From positions 9,302,001 through 9,366,000 of the forward strand of contig CM075996.1 of assembly GCA_038087875.1 (NCBI GenBank): a DNA stretch of 64,000 nt, read 5' to 3'. A program made the translations under genes and the position numbers. Below, in pieces: positions 13,935 to 25,219 of the stretch; position 1 is the first letter of the stretch, and each line of letters opens with the position of its first letter. The notes below the pieces were generated by a model. That model saw nothing but the letters and a program-made list of their open reading frames with translations. It did no database searches and was not told where the DNA came from. The DNA comes from Malacoraja senta. Taxonomy: Eukaryota.

Positions 13935-14725
13935 CACCACCTAAAACATCACCCACTACTCAAACCTCACGTCAAAAACCTTGGCGTGATATTTGACTCA
14001 GCACTGAAATTTGACAAACAAGTCAATGCCGTGGTAAAAGCTAGCTTCTTTCAGCTTCGGACGATAGCTAAAATAAAACAATTCCTCCAGTTTGATGACC
14101 TCGAAAAGATCATCCACACATTCATCTCCTCCCGCCTAGATTACTGCAACTCCCTTTACACTGGCATCAGCCAATCTTCCCTGTCCCGCCTGCAACTGGT
14201 CCAAAACGCCGCAGCGAGACTCCTGACGGGCACCCGAAAAAGGGACCACATCACCCCGATCCTGGCCTCTCTCCACTGGCTCCCTGTGCGGTTCCGTATA
14301 AACTTCAAGATCCTCCTCCATGTCTACAAAGCCCTCAATGGGCTTGCCCCACCTACATAAAAAGTCTTCTCACCCACCACTCCACCTCCAGGCCCCTCAG
14401 ATCGGCCGACTTGGGGTTGCTGAATATCCCACGGTCTAGGCATAAGCTCAGGGGCAACCGCGCCTTTGCGGTTGCAGCCCCAAGACTGTGGAACAGCATC
14501 CCCTTTCCCATCAGAACTGCCCCCTCCATCGACTCTTTTAAGTCAAGACTAAAGACTTATCTATACTCCCAAGCCTTTCCTGACGTCCTCTGAGTGAGGG
14601 CTACATGTATATATGTATGTAGTTTGTTTTGTTTGTGCTATTCTTATAACAAATGTAAAGCACTTTGGCCAACGAGAGTTGTTTTTTAAATGTGCTATAT
14701 AAATAAATGTGACTTGACTTGACTA
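13935..14725 (+). mobile_element. L2 LINE 3' fragment
   Basis: ORF2 C-terminus ISSRLDYCNSL...LQLVQNAAARLL...HITPILASLHWLPV; tail AATAAA..(GACTT)n. Confidence 0.88.
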
Positions 14726-15223
14726 TGTCCTTTTTAGTCAGAGGGTGGTGAATCTGTGGAATTCAATGCCACAGATGGCTGCTGAGGCCAAGTCATTGGG
14801 TATTTTTAAAATGAAAATTGATTAGCAAGGGCATCAAAGGCTACGGGGAAAAAGCAACAAAATGGGGTTGAGAGGGAAAGATAGATCAGCCGTGATTGAA
14901 ATACAGAATAGACTCAACGAATGGCCTAATTCTATGACATGAACTTCAGGGATGCTGCCTGACGAGCTGAATTACTTCAGCACTTTGTGTCATTTTCATA
15001 AATCAGCATCTGCAGTTCCTGTTTCATTGTTCAGGCCACATCTAAAGTGTCTAGCTGGCAGTGCAAGTCGCTACACTATAAGAAGGATGTGATTGCACTA
15101 CAAAGAATGCTACACTGCATCAGGATGTTGCCTGGATGGAATGTTACAGGCTGGGATTGTTTTCCTTGGAGCGGAGAAGACTGAGGGGGTCCTGAAAACG
15201 GTATACACAATTATGAGGGATAT

Positions 15224-15874
15224 AGACAATAGGTGCAGGAGTAGGCCATTTGGCCCTTCGAGCCAGCACCGCCATTCAATGTGATCATGGCTGATCATCC
15301 CCAATCAGTACCCCGTTCCTGCCTTCTCCCCATATCCCCTGACTCCGCTATATTTAAGAGCCCTATCTAGCTCTCTCTTGAAAGCATCCAGAGAACCTGC
15401 CCCCACTGCCCTCTGAGGCAGAGAATTCCACAGACTCACCACTCTGTGAGAAAAAGTGTTACCTCGTCTACGTTCTAAATGGCTTACTCCTTATTCCTAA
15501 ACTGTGGCCCCTGGTTCTGGACTCCCCCAACATCGGGAACATGTTTCCTGCCTCTAGTGTGTCCAAGCCCTTAACAATCTTATATGTTTCAATGATATCC
15601 TCTCATCCTTCCAAACTCCAGCGTGTACAATCCCAGCTGCTCCATTCTCTCAGCATATGACAGTCCCGCCTTCCCGGGAATTAACCTTGTAAACCTACGC
15701 TGCACTCCCTCAATAGCAAGAATGTCCTTTCTCAAATTTGGAGACCAAAACTGCACACAATACTCCAGGTGTGGTCTCACTAGGGCTCTGTACAACTGCA
15801 GAAGGACCTCTTTGCTCCCATATTCGATTCCTCTTGTTATAATGGCGAACATACCATTCGCTTTCTTCACTGCC
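15224..15874 (-). mobile_element. CR1 LINE 3' fragment
   Basis: ORF 15589-15870 and CR1 3' UTR. Confidence 0.88.
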
Positions 15875-16518
15875 TGATGTACCGGATATAGTTAGGATGA
15901 AACTTATCCCACAATAGAATTGTCTAAAACTAGAGGGCATGTAAGTAAGATGAGAAGTGAGGTTTAGAAGAGATGTGAGGAGCACATTGCGTGGGAAGGT
16001 GGAGGGTACTCTCATAATATTTACAACGTATCTGGACAAGCACGTGCATTGCTAAGGCTTAGAAAGTTACAAACCCAGAGTTGGTACATGTGATGAATGT
16101 GAATGGGTAGTTGATGATTGCCATTGATATAGTGCCTGTTTTGGGAAACTGATGTCGGGTTTGTAAATGGCAAGGCGTGCCCACTGATGAAGTATTTTTG
16201 AACCGAGGCTTTGGGTCTCCAGAGTCTTCCCTGCATTTTCTGTTTTAATTTAAGGCTGGAGGCCATACCCGGCATCACTCAAGTTATTAGGCTGGCAATC
16301 ATGATGTTTGACAATAGACAATAGGTGAAGGAGTAGGCCATTCGGCCCTTCGAGCCAGCACCGCCATTCAATGTGATCATGGCTGATCATCCACAATCAG
16401 TACCCCGTTCCTGCCTTCTCCCCTGCCTTCTCCCTGGATTGATTTCCATGCACGGTAGACAAAAGTGCTGGAGAAATTCAGAGGGTGCGGCAGCATCTAT
16501 GGAGTGAAGGAAATAGGC

Positions 16519-16546
16519 AACGTTTCGGGCCGAAACCCTTCTTCAG
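16519..16546 (-). ncRNA. Hammerhead core (intact) in a Penelope-derived repeat
   Basis: Reverse complement CTGAAGAAGGGTTTCGGCCCGAAACGTT. Confidence 0.55.
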
Positions 16547-18656
16547 ATTTCCATGCAGTCGGGTTTTATAACACTCTTGATGAAAAAATCTAACAAATAT
16601 ATAATTACTCCATGAATAATATCAAATTAGGCTGATACATTATGTATTTTAACTAAAGTTACCAATCAAACCATGCACTAATGTTAATTATGTATGCAAA
16701 AATTGCATATAAGACTGCCCTCTTTCAATAATAAATATGTAGATTTACTTAATTCCAATGTTGAGGTACTTCAGAATACACTGTATTTCTTTCTTTTTAA
16801 TGTGGTGTAAAAACGAATAGATTATTATGATCAACAATTCTGGAGCAACCATCATCATCAACGGCAGACACTCGATAGATTATGATTGTCCCCTTGGTGG
16901 GTCCTTTCTGTGGCTGAAGAAGCCAACCCTGGAGCTACAACCTTATTGCAGGGATGTGAAGGTGGTATGTATCTTCAGGTAGATGCCTGCACATGACATC
17001 TTTCAACATGGGAGGATTGTGCACAAACAGCCACCACCTGGTTCTTGACAGGGTCAGGCCCAGATCCAATGGGATGGGCTCCATGGCGGTTGCATATCTC
17101 TCCCAGCTACAGCCATCTTCTGCTTTCTCTTCTGTTATAGTGGAGATAGACACAAAATGATGGAATAACTCAGTAGGACAGGCAGCATCTCTGGAATGGG
17201 TGACGTTTCATGTCTAAACCCTTCTTCAGACTCTTCTGTTAGGGTGTTCTCCACCAGCTGGCCAGCCACCATCCTCCACCTGTTTCACCGTTGAGGTATT
17301 TTTGGGCTGCACTTTGTGAGGAATCTCCCGTTGACGGGGGGTGCAGTGTATCCTCAATAAGGAGGAGGAATAGTTATTCAATATTTAAGAATATTTGTTT
17401 ATATTGTTTGTATTTTGGTGTGTATTTTTGTAAATAGGTGATTTAAATTATTTTTGGTTAAAAAAAAAAAGACCAAGCACGTGGGCCAGAAGTGGTCTAC
17501 AGTGGTGGAGCAGCGGCGGAGGATACCACAGCTACGCTTAGCCAGGCCGACCCTGCAATGCCGCTAGGACAAGAGCCTTCATGGTCAGGTCAAAACCCTA
17601 CACTTACATTGACTGGGGCTTGGTAACGGCACCAAACTGGCGACTCTGTTTACTGTCTCAGTGTACTACTTGTATATACTTGTACTGTAGCTGAGATGCT
17701 TATCTAATATGTATCTCAGCTTCTATGCTTCCCACCCTGCTTCCTGTAAAGACTATCCCCTACTTCCAATTTCTCCGCCGCATCTGCGCCCAGCATGAGG
17801 TGTTCCATACCAGGGCATCAGAGATGTCTTAATTCTTTAGAAAACGGGAGTCCCCCTCTTCCATTATGGAGGAGGCTCTCACTAGGGTCTCCTGAAAATC
17901 CCGCAACTCCGCTCTTACTCCCTCTCCCCCCCCACTCATAACCAGGTCAGAGTCTCCATTGTCCTCACCTTCCACTCCATCAGCCGTCGCATACAACGTA
18001 TAATCCACCAACATTTTCTCCACCTCCAACATGATCCCACTACTGGCCACATCTTTCCATCTCCACCCCTTTCTGCTTTCCGCAGAGACCGTTCCCTCCG
18101 AAACTCCCTGGTTAACTCGTCCCTTCCCACCCAAACCATTCCCTCCCTAGGTACTTTCCCCTGCAACCGCAAGAGATGCAACACCTGTCCCTTTACCTCC
18201 CCCCTCGACTCCATCCAAGGACGCTAACAGTCTTTCCAGGTGAGGCAGAGGTTCACTTACACCTGCTCCAATCTCATCTACTGTATCCGGTGTTCCAGGT
18301 GTCAACTTCTTTACCTCGGCGCAGGCTCGGCAATCGTTTCACTGAACACCGCCGCTCAGTCTGTCTTAACCTACCTGATCTCCAGAAGGCTCAGCACTTC
18401 AACTCCCCCTCTCATTCCCAATCTGATCTTTCTGTCCTGGGCCTCCATTGTCAGAATGAGGCTCAGCGCAAATTGAAGGAACAGCACCTCATATTTGGCT
18501 TGGGTAGTTTAGACCCCAGCAGTATGAACATTGACTTCTCTAACTTCAGATAGCCCTTGCTTTCCCTCTCCATCCCCTCCCCCTTCCCAGTTCTCCCACC
18601 AGTCTTACCGTCTCCAACTACATTCCATCTTTGTTCTGCTCCCTCTCCTGATATGT

Positions 18657-18684
18657 CTGAAGAAGGGTCTCGACCCGAAACGTC
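18657..18684 (+). ncRNA. Hammerhead core in the Penelope pseudo-LTR (GUC site)
   Basis: CTGAAGA-A-GGGT(CTCG)ACCC-GAAA-CGTC. Confidence 0.6.
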
Positions 18685-18816
18685 GCCCATTCCTCTCCAG
18701 AGATGCTGCCTCACCTGCTGAGTTACATAGATTCATAGAAAATAGGTGCAGGAGTAGGCCATTCGGCCCTTCGAGCCTGCACCGCCATTCAATATGATCA
18801 TGGCTGATCATCCAAC

Positions 18817-21555
18817 TCAGTATCCCGTACCTGCCTTCTCTTCATACCCCCTGATCCCCTTAGCCACAAGGGCCACATCTAACTCCCTCTTAAATATAGC
18901 CAATGAACTGGCCTCAACTACCCTCTGTGGCAGAGAGTTCCAGAGATTCACCTCTCTCTGTGTGAAAAAGTTTTTCCTCATCTCGGTCTTAAAGGATTTC
19001 CCCCTTATCCTTAAGCTGTGACCCCTTGTCCTGGACTTCCCCAACATCGGGAACAATCTTCCTGCATCTAGCCTGTCCAACCCCATAAGAATTTTGTACG
19101 TTTCTATAAGATCCCCTCTCAATCTCCTAAATTCTAGCGAGTATAAGCTAAGTCTATCCAGTCTTTCTTCATATGAAAGTCCTGACATCCCAGGAATCAG
19201 TCTGGTGAACCTTCTCTGCACTCCCTCTATGGCTATAATGTCCTTCCTCAGATTTGGAGACCAAAACTGTACGCAATACTCCAGGTGTGGTCTCACCAAG
19301 ACCCTGTACAACTGCAGCAGAACCTCCCTGCTCCTATACTCAAATCCTTTTGCTATGAAAGCTAACATACCATTCGCTTTCTTCACTGCCTGCTGCACCT
19401 GCATGCCTACTTTCAATGACTGGTGAACCATGACACCCAGGTCTCGCTGCATCTCCCCATTTCCTAATCGGCCACCATTTAGATAATAGTCTGCTTTCCT
19501 GTTTTTGCCACCAAAGTGGATAACCTCACATTTATCCACATTATACTGCATCTGCCAAACATTTGCGCACTCACCCAGCCTATCCAAGTCACCTTGCAGT
19601 CTCCTAGCATCCTCCTCACAGCTAACACTGCCCCCCAGCTTAGTGTCATCCGCAAACTTGGAGATGTTGCCTTCAATTCCCTCATCCAGTTCATTAATAT
19701 AAATTGTAAATAGCTGGGGTCCCAGCACTGAACCTTGCGGTACCCCACTAGTCACTGCCTGCCATTGTGAAAAGGACCCGTTTACTCCTACTCTTTGCTT
19801 CCTGTTTGCCAGCCAGTTCTCTATCCACATCAATACTGAACCCCCAATACCGTGTGCTTTAAGTTTGTATACTAATCTCTTATGTGGTACCTTGTCGAAA
19901 ACCTTCTGAAAGTCCAGATACAACACATCCACTGGTTCTCCCTTATCCACTCTACTAGTTACATCCTCGAAAAATTCTATAAGATTCGTCAGACATGATT
20001 TACCTTTTGTAAATCCATGCTGACTTTGTCCAATGATTTCACCACTTTCCAAATGTGCTGCTATCCCATCTTTAATAACTGACTCTAACAGTTTCCCCAC
20101 TACCGATGTTGGACTAACTGGTCTGTAATTCCCTGTTTTCTCTCTCCCTCCCTTCTTAAAAAGTGGGGTTACGTTTGCTACCCTCCAATCCTCAGGAACT
20201 ACTCCAGAATCTAAAGAGTTTTGAAAAATTATCACTAATGCATCCACTATTTCTGGAGCTACTTCCTTAAGTACTCTGGGATGCAGCCTATCTGGCCCTG
20301 GTGATTTATCGGCCTTTAATCCATTCAATTTACCCAACACCACTTCCCGACTAACCTGGATTTCACTCAGTTCCTCCATCTCCTTTGACCCGCGGCCCCC
20401 TGCTATTTCCGGCAGATTATTTATGTCTTCCTTAGTGAAGACGGAACCAAAGTAGTTATTCAATTGGTCCGCCATATCCTTGTTCCCCATGATCAATTCA
20501 CCCGTTTCTGACTGCAAGGGACCTACATTTGTTTTAACTAATCTCTTTCTCTTCACATATCTATAAAAACTTTTGCAGTCAGTTTTTATGTTCCCTGCCA
20601 GTTTCCTTTCATAATCTATTTTCCTTTTCCTAATTAAGCCCTTTGTCCTCCTCTGCTGGTCTCTGAATTTCTCCCAGTCCTCTGGTATGCTGCTTTTTCT
20701 GGCTAATTTGTACGCATCATCTTTTGCTTTGATACTATCCCTGATTTCCCTTGTTATCCACGGATGCACTACCTTCCCTGATTTATTCTTTTGCCAAACT
20801 GGGATGAACAATTTTTGTAGTTCATCCATGCAGTCTTTAAATGCCTTCCATTGCATATCCACCGTCAACCCTTTTAGAACTAATTGCCAGTCAATCTTGG
20901 CCAATTCACGTCTCATACCCTCAAAGTTACCTTTCTTTAAGTTCAGAACCGTTGTTTCTGAATTAACAATGTCACTCTCCATCCTAATGAAGAACTCAAC
21001 CATATTATGGTCACTCTTGCCCAAGGGGGCACGCACAACAAGACTGCTAACTAACCCTTCCTCATTACTCAATACCCAGTCTAGAATAGCCTGCTCTCTC
21101 GTTGGTTCCTCTACATGTTGGTTTAGATAACTATCCCGCATACATTCCAAGAAATCCTCTTCCTCAGCACCCCTGCCAATTTGATTCACCCAATCTATAT
21201 GTAGATTGAAGTCACCCATTATAACTGTTTTGCCTTTGTTGCACGCATTTCTAATTTCCTGTTTGATGCCATCCCCAACTTCACTACTACTGCTAGGTGG
21301 CCTGTACACAACACCCACCAGCGTTTTCTGCCCCTTAGTGTTTCGCAGCTCTACCCATTCAACATCCTCCAAGCTAATGTCCTTCCTTTCCACTGCGTTT
21401 ATCTCCTCTCTAACCAGCAACGCTACCCCACCTCCTTTTCCTTTCTCTCTATCCCTCCTGAATATTGAATATCCGTGGATGTTCAGCTCCCAGCCTTGGT
21501 CACCCTGGAGCCATGTCTCCGTGATCCCAACTATATCATAATCATTGGTACACAA
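18817..21555 (-). CDS. CR1 ORF2 (endonuclease/reverse transcriptase); the true N-terminus continues in 21647-22060 beyond a SINE insertion
   Basis: Uninterrupted 912-codon ORF with APE and RT motifs. Confidence 0.9.
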   Translation of the reverse strand: MCTNDYDIVGITETWLQGDQGWELNIHGYSIFRRDREKGKGGGVALLVREEINAVERKDISLEDVEWVELRNTKGQKTLVGVVYRPPSSSSEVGDGIKQEIRNACNKGKTVIMGDFNLHIDWVNQIGRGAEEEDFLECMRDSYLNQHVEEPTREQAILDWVLSNEEGLVSSLVVRAPLGKSDHNMVEFFIRMESDIVNSETTVLNLKKGNFEGMRRELAKIDWQLVLKGLTVDMQWKAFKDCMDELQKLFIPVWQKNKSGKVVHPWITREIRDSIKAKDDAYKLARKSSIPEDWEKFRDQQRRTKGLIRKRKIDYERKLAGNIKTDCKSFYRYVKRKRLVKTNVGPLQSETGELIMGNKDMADQLNNYFGSVFTKEDINNLPEIAGGRGSKEMEELSEIQVSREVVLGKLNGLKADKSPGPDRLHPRVLKEVAPEIVDALVIIFQNSLDSGVVPEDWRVANVTPLFKKGGREKTGNYRPVSPTSVVGKLLESVIKDGIAAHLESGEIIGQSQHGFTKGKSCLTNLIEFFEDVTSRVDKGEPVDVLYLDFQKVFDKVPHKRLVYKLKAHGIGGSVLMWIENWLANRKQRVGVNGSFSQWQAVTSGVPQGSVLGPQLFTIYINELDEGIEGNISKFADDTKLGGSVSCEEDARRLQGDLDRLGECANVWQMQYNVDKCEVIHFGGKNRKADYYLNGGRLGNGEMQRDLGVMVHQSLKVGMQVQQAVKKANGMLAFIAKGFEYRSREVLLQLYRVLVRPHLEYCVQFWSPNLRKDIIAIEGVQRRFTRLIPGMSGLSYEERLDRLSLYSLEFRRLRGDLIETYKILMGLDRLDAGRLFPMLGKSRTRGHSLRIRGKSFKTEMRKNFFTQREVNLWNSLPQRVVEASSLAIFKRELDVALVAKGIRGYEEKAGTGY

Positions 21556-21639
21556 AAATGCTGGAGAAACTCAGCGGGTGCAGCAGCATCTATGGAGCGA
21601 AGGAAATAGGTAACGTTTCGGGCCGAAACCCTGGCCCGA
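21547..21639 (-). mobile_element. Penelope pseudo-LTR-derived short insertion in CR1 ORF2
   Basis: TSD AATCATT at 21540-21546 and 21640-21646. Confidence 0.8.
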
Positions 21640-22382
21640 AATCATTAATTGCTATCCGCACGTTCAACTCATCCACCTTATTACGAATGCTCCTTGCATT
21701 GAGACACAAAGCCTTTAGGCTTGTTTTTACAACGCTCTTACCCCTGATACAATTATGTTGAAAAGTGGCCCTTTTTGATTTTTGCCCTGGATTTGTCTGC
21801 CTGCCACTTTTACTTTTCACCTTCCTACCTATTGCTTCCGCCCGCATTTTACACCCCTCTGTTTCTCTGCTCACCCATTTGAGAACCCCACCACCTCTTA
21901 TTCTCTGTTTATTATTGTTTTCTTCTTCCCCCCCTACATGTTGGGTCTGAGTGCTTTCCTTCTCTGCCTCCTGCCTCACACACTGTCTAATAGCTTTCTC
22001 TATTTGAGTCCCTCCCCCCAACCATTCTAGTTTAAAGTCTCCCCAGTAGCCTTTGCAGATCTCCAGCATTTTGTGTCCACCTTGTATCTAAGTGCTTACG
22101 TATAGTGATACGTACTGAACTGTATACAAAAATGTATTTTACTCTACCATAGAATTCTGTCCTTGATTTGTGTACTGTGGTGTTTTTATATTTAATTTAT
22201 TCCGATTATGTGTTTTGTATTTGTTTGTTTTTTTTGTGATTCTATGCATTGTAAGGTGTCCTTGGGTTTTAGAAAGGCGCCAGTAAATAAAATGATTATT
22301 ATTATTATTATTATTATTATGTGACAAATAACCTTACCTTGGTACATGTGACAAATAATCATACCGTGCTATATCATTGCGT

Positions 22383-22803
22383 TTAGGAGAATTTAGGAGA
22401 TTGGGATTTGAGGGGATCTTATAGAAACGTACAAAATTCTTATGGGGTTGGACAGGCTAGATGCAGGAAGATTGTTCCCGATGTTGGGGAAGTCCAGGAC
22501 AAGGGGTCACAGCTTAAGGATAAGGGGGAAATCCTTTAAGACCGAGATGAGGAAAAACTTTTTCACACAGAGAGTGGTGAATCTCTGGAACTCTCTGCCA
22601 CAGAAGGTAGTTGAGGCCAGTTCATTGGCTATATTTAAGAGGGAGTTAGATGTGGCCCTTGTGTCTAAGGGGATCAGGGGGTATGGAGAGAAGGCAGGTA
22701 CGGGATACTGAGTTGGATGATCAGCCATGATCGTATTGAATGGCGGTGCAGGCTCGAAGGGCCGAATGGCCTACTCCTGCACCTATTTTCTATGTATCTA
22801 TGT
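22383..22803 (+). mobile_element. CR1 LINE 3' fragment
   Basis: ORF 22442-22711 is near-identical to the end of the 18817 ORF2. Confidence 0.88.
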
Positions 22804-23540
22804 GTCGTGATGAAGGCCAGCAACTTTTAGTAATAATCCTTGTGCCGTGTAAATGCTCATAGAAAAACTAAGTTGAACAGGGAACAGGAGTGGCTTGAAT
22901 TGAATAGAAGGTATAATTTGTATCCAAGGGACGAAGCCTTTGTCCACAACAGTATTACCACTCATTATTGCAGACATATGGTCATAAGTCTTAAACTGAT
23001 CATCTTGTGCCGTTGCATAGTAATGGTAGATAAAAATATAAAGCATCATCAATGCCTGTCAAATTGCCAGAAGATTTATGTTGTACATGTTATCTAAGAA
23101 GCTTTGAAAAAGTTCTTTATTCATGGCCTGCACAGCATTTCTTTGCGCCAAAATTGCTCCTTCTCATTAACATTGGTAATTCAAGTAGTTTTGAGTAACA
23201 TATGAGCACAGCTTGCATCAGATAATAAGTGACATAACAATTTGCCCCCTTTTTCCCCCCATCAAAATCATTCTTGATGAGTCATCGTGTGCTTGTAATT
23301 TTTGAACTGATAATCTTGTGTCGTTGCTACATTTCTTAATGTGAATACATTTGAAGTAAGTTCTGTGGCAAATGGAATGCCTGTCAAATGCATTTGCTTA
23401 TTGATTTTTAAGTGTCATTGTTTTAAGTTTAGCAAAGATATGGTGCTTTAATACAGGCATTTATTTAATCTGCTTCAGCACCTTGTGGAATTGCTGGCAG
23501 CATTTGACGAAAATCTCCAGTTAGTGTTAAAATACAAGGT
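22800..23540 (-). pseudogene. Decayed Helitron Rep/Hel PIF1-family helicase fragments
   Basis: LTGDFRQMLPAIPQG..AD.INACIK; GAILAQRN; FKPLLFPVQLSFSMSIYTAQG..LKVAGL. Confidence 0.75.
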
Positions 23541-23542
23541 GA

Positions 23543-23775
23543 GGCGCAGTGGTAGAGTTGCTGCCTTACAGCGCCAGAGACCCGGATTCGATTCTGACTA
23601 CATGTGCTTGTCTGTACAGAGTTTGTACGTTCTCCCCGTGACCTGCTTGGGTTTTCTCCGGTTTCCTCCCACACTCCAAAGACATACAGGTTTATAGGTT
23701 AATTGGCTTGATATAAATGTAAATTGTCCCTAGTATGTGTATGATAATGCTAGTGCGCGGGGATCGCTGGCCTGC
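23543..23775 (+). mobile_element. tRNA-head SINE
   Basis: GGCGCAGTGGTAGAG...CCCGGATTCGATTC; body shared with other copies. Confidence 0.75.
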
Positions 23776-23824
23776 TGATCAGAGGGGGGAGGGGGTCTGA
23801 GGGTGTGAGTAAAGATGAGGGGAT

Positions 23825-24427
23825 GTCCCTGCGAGTGTGAGCAGTGAGGGGTCCCTGTGAGTGAGCAAAGGTGAGGGGTTCCCTGTGTGTGAGCAGTGAG
23901 GGGGTCCCTGTGAGTGAGCAAAGGTGAGGGGTTCCCTGTGTGTGAGCAGTGAGGGGGTCCCTGTGAGTGAGCAAAGGTGTGAGCAGTGAGGGTTCCCTGT
24001 GAGTGTGAGCAGTGAGGGGGTCCCTATGAGTGAGCAAAGGTGAGGGGGTCCCTGTGAGTGTGAGCAGTGAGGGGTCCCTGTGTGTGTGAGCAAAGGTGAG
24101 GGGGTCCCTGTGAGTGTAAGCAGTGAGGGCTTCCCTGTGAGTGTGAGCAGTGAGGGGATCCCTGTGAGTGAGCAAAGTTGAGGGGGTCCCTGTGTGTGAG
24201 CAAAGGTGAGGGGGTCCCTGTGAGTGTGAGCAGTGAGGGGTTCCCTGTGAGTTTGAGCAAAGGTGAGGGGGTCCCTGTGAGTGTGAGCAGTGAGGGGTTC
24301 CATGTGAGCAAAGGTAAGGGGGTCCCTGTGAGTGTGAGCAGTGAGGGGTTCCCAGTGAGTGTGAGCAAAGGTGAGAGGGTCCCTGTGAGTGTGAGCAAAG
24401 GTTAGGGGGTCCCTGTGAGTGTGAGTG
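23825..24427. repeat. Minisatellite of ~27-28-bp units (GTCCCTGTGAGTGTGAGCAGTGAGGGG / GTCCCTGTGAGTGAGCAAAGGTGAGGGG)
   Basis: About 20 variant units, read directly. Confidence 0.92.
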
Positions 24428-25219
24428 GGGAAGACCCTGCGACAAATTAAAGGTAAACAGGCAAGAAAACGTCATTTCAAGGTACAATTATTTTAAAAAA
24501 TCTGCATAAAAGGGGCGCTGCCCCCTTTTACTCCCGCCAGGGGCGTTGTCCCTTGGAATCCTACCAATGCCCCCTGGATCTCATCTCTCTTCCTCTTTTT
24601 TCAGTTTTTTCCTGTCTCATGCCTGAGAAATATTGAAATTTAGAAACAAGATGAGAGTTTTAGTAATATATGCCAGACCAAGTTGGTCGCAATATTCCAC
24701 CACTCACCCATAGCCTCCACGTGAGGCCTTGTCCCCCAACGCAACCCGTTCCCCAACGCAATATTCCACCACTCACCCGTTCCTCCAATGCAATATTCCA
24801 CCACTCACCTATAGCCCAAACTGCATAGGGGCAGATCATTTCCCCCTTATCCCCCAGCACTCCCTCCCTCTCCTCTTCACCCTCCATCTTTTTAAACTTT
24901 AAAAAATGACTTTTCACTTTAAAAAATCCAATTGCACTTATTGCCAGGACTCAGTGTCCTGTGATTTGCAACATTATAACGGGCAGGGCCAGCAAGTGCA
25001 ATTGGATTATTTACAGTGAAAAGTTAAGTCGGCAGTTTATGTAAATGAGATCCCATTGTGATGTCATAGCTGCTAACTGCCACTGCACCTTCAAGTGATT
25101 TTTCTTAAACTGGATTTTGTAAAGTTAAAAATGTAAATAACTTGGAAAATATACCATCAAACTTGATACAATACACCACAGGACAATGGTGAGTAAGGTG
25201 GTCCAAAAAATTGTAGCGC

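Larger units (their letters stand above)
18726..22060 (-). mobile_element. Young CR1 LINE: end of ORF1 plus nearly intact ORF2 (APE endonuclease and RT)
   Basis: 912-aa ORF 18817-21555 with GITETW, GDFN, SDH, NYRPVS, GVPQGSVLGP and FADD; ORF1 end AKATGETLN* near 22028-22057. Confidence 0.95.
17717..22082 (+). mobile_element. 5'-truncated Penelope-like element (RT thumb, GIY-YIG endonuclease, pseudo-LTR), split by a CR1 insertion at 18726-22060
   Basis: SHPASCK..QFLRRIC; GTFPCNRKRCNTC; NLIYCIRCSRCQLLY; RLGNRFTEH; AQHFN; RKLKEQHLIF..MNIDF; 7-bp TSD TGTATCT (17710-17716 and 22083-22089). Confidence 0.85.

Noticed and set aside
19094..21541. Plus-strand ORFs opposite CR1 ORF2
   Set aside because: Antisense shadows of the retrotransposon coding sequence
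23543..23610. tRNA-like A and B boxes (also near 3660-3725, 34200 and 45900)
   Set aside because: SINE heads without a complete cloverleaf; not tRNA genes
23730..24487. Long overlapping ORFs (up to 245 aa) with His/Cys repeats
   Set aside because: Translations of the minisatellite. Not a CRISPR array either, because there are no unique spacers
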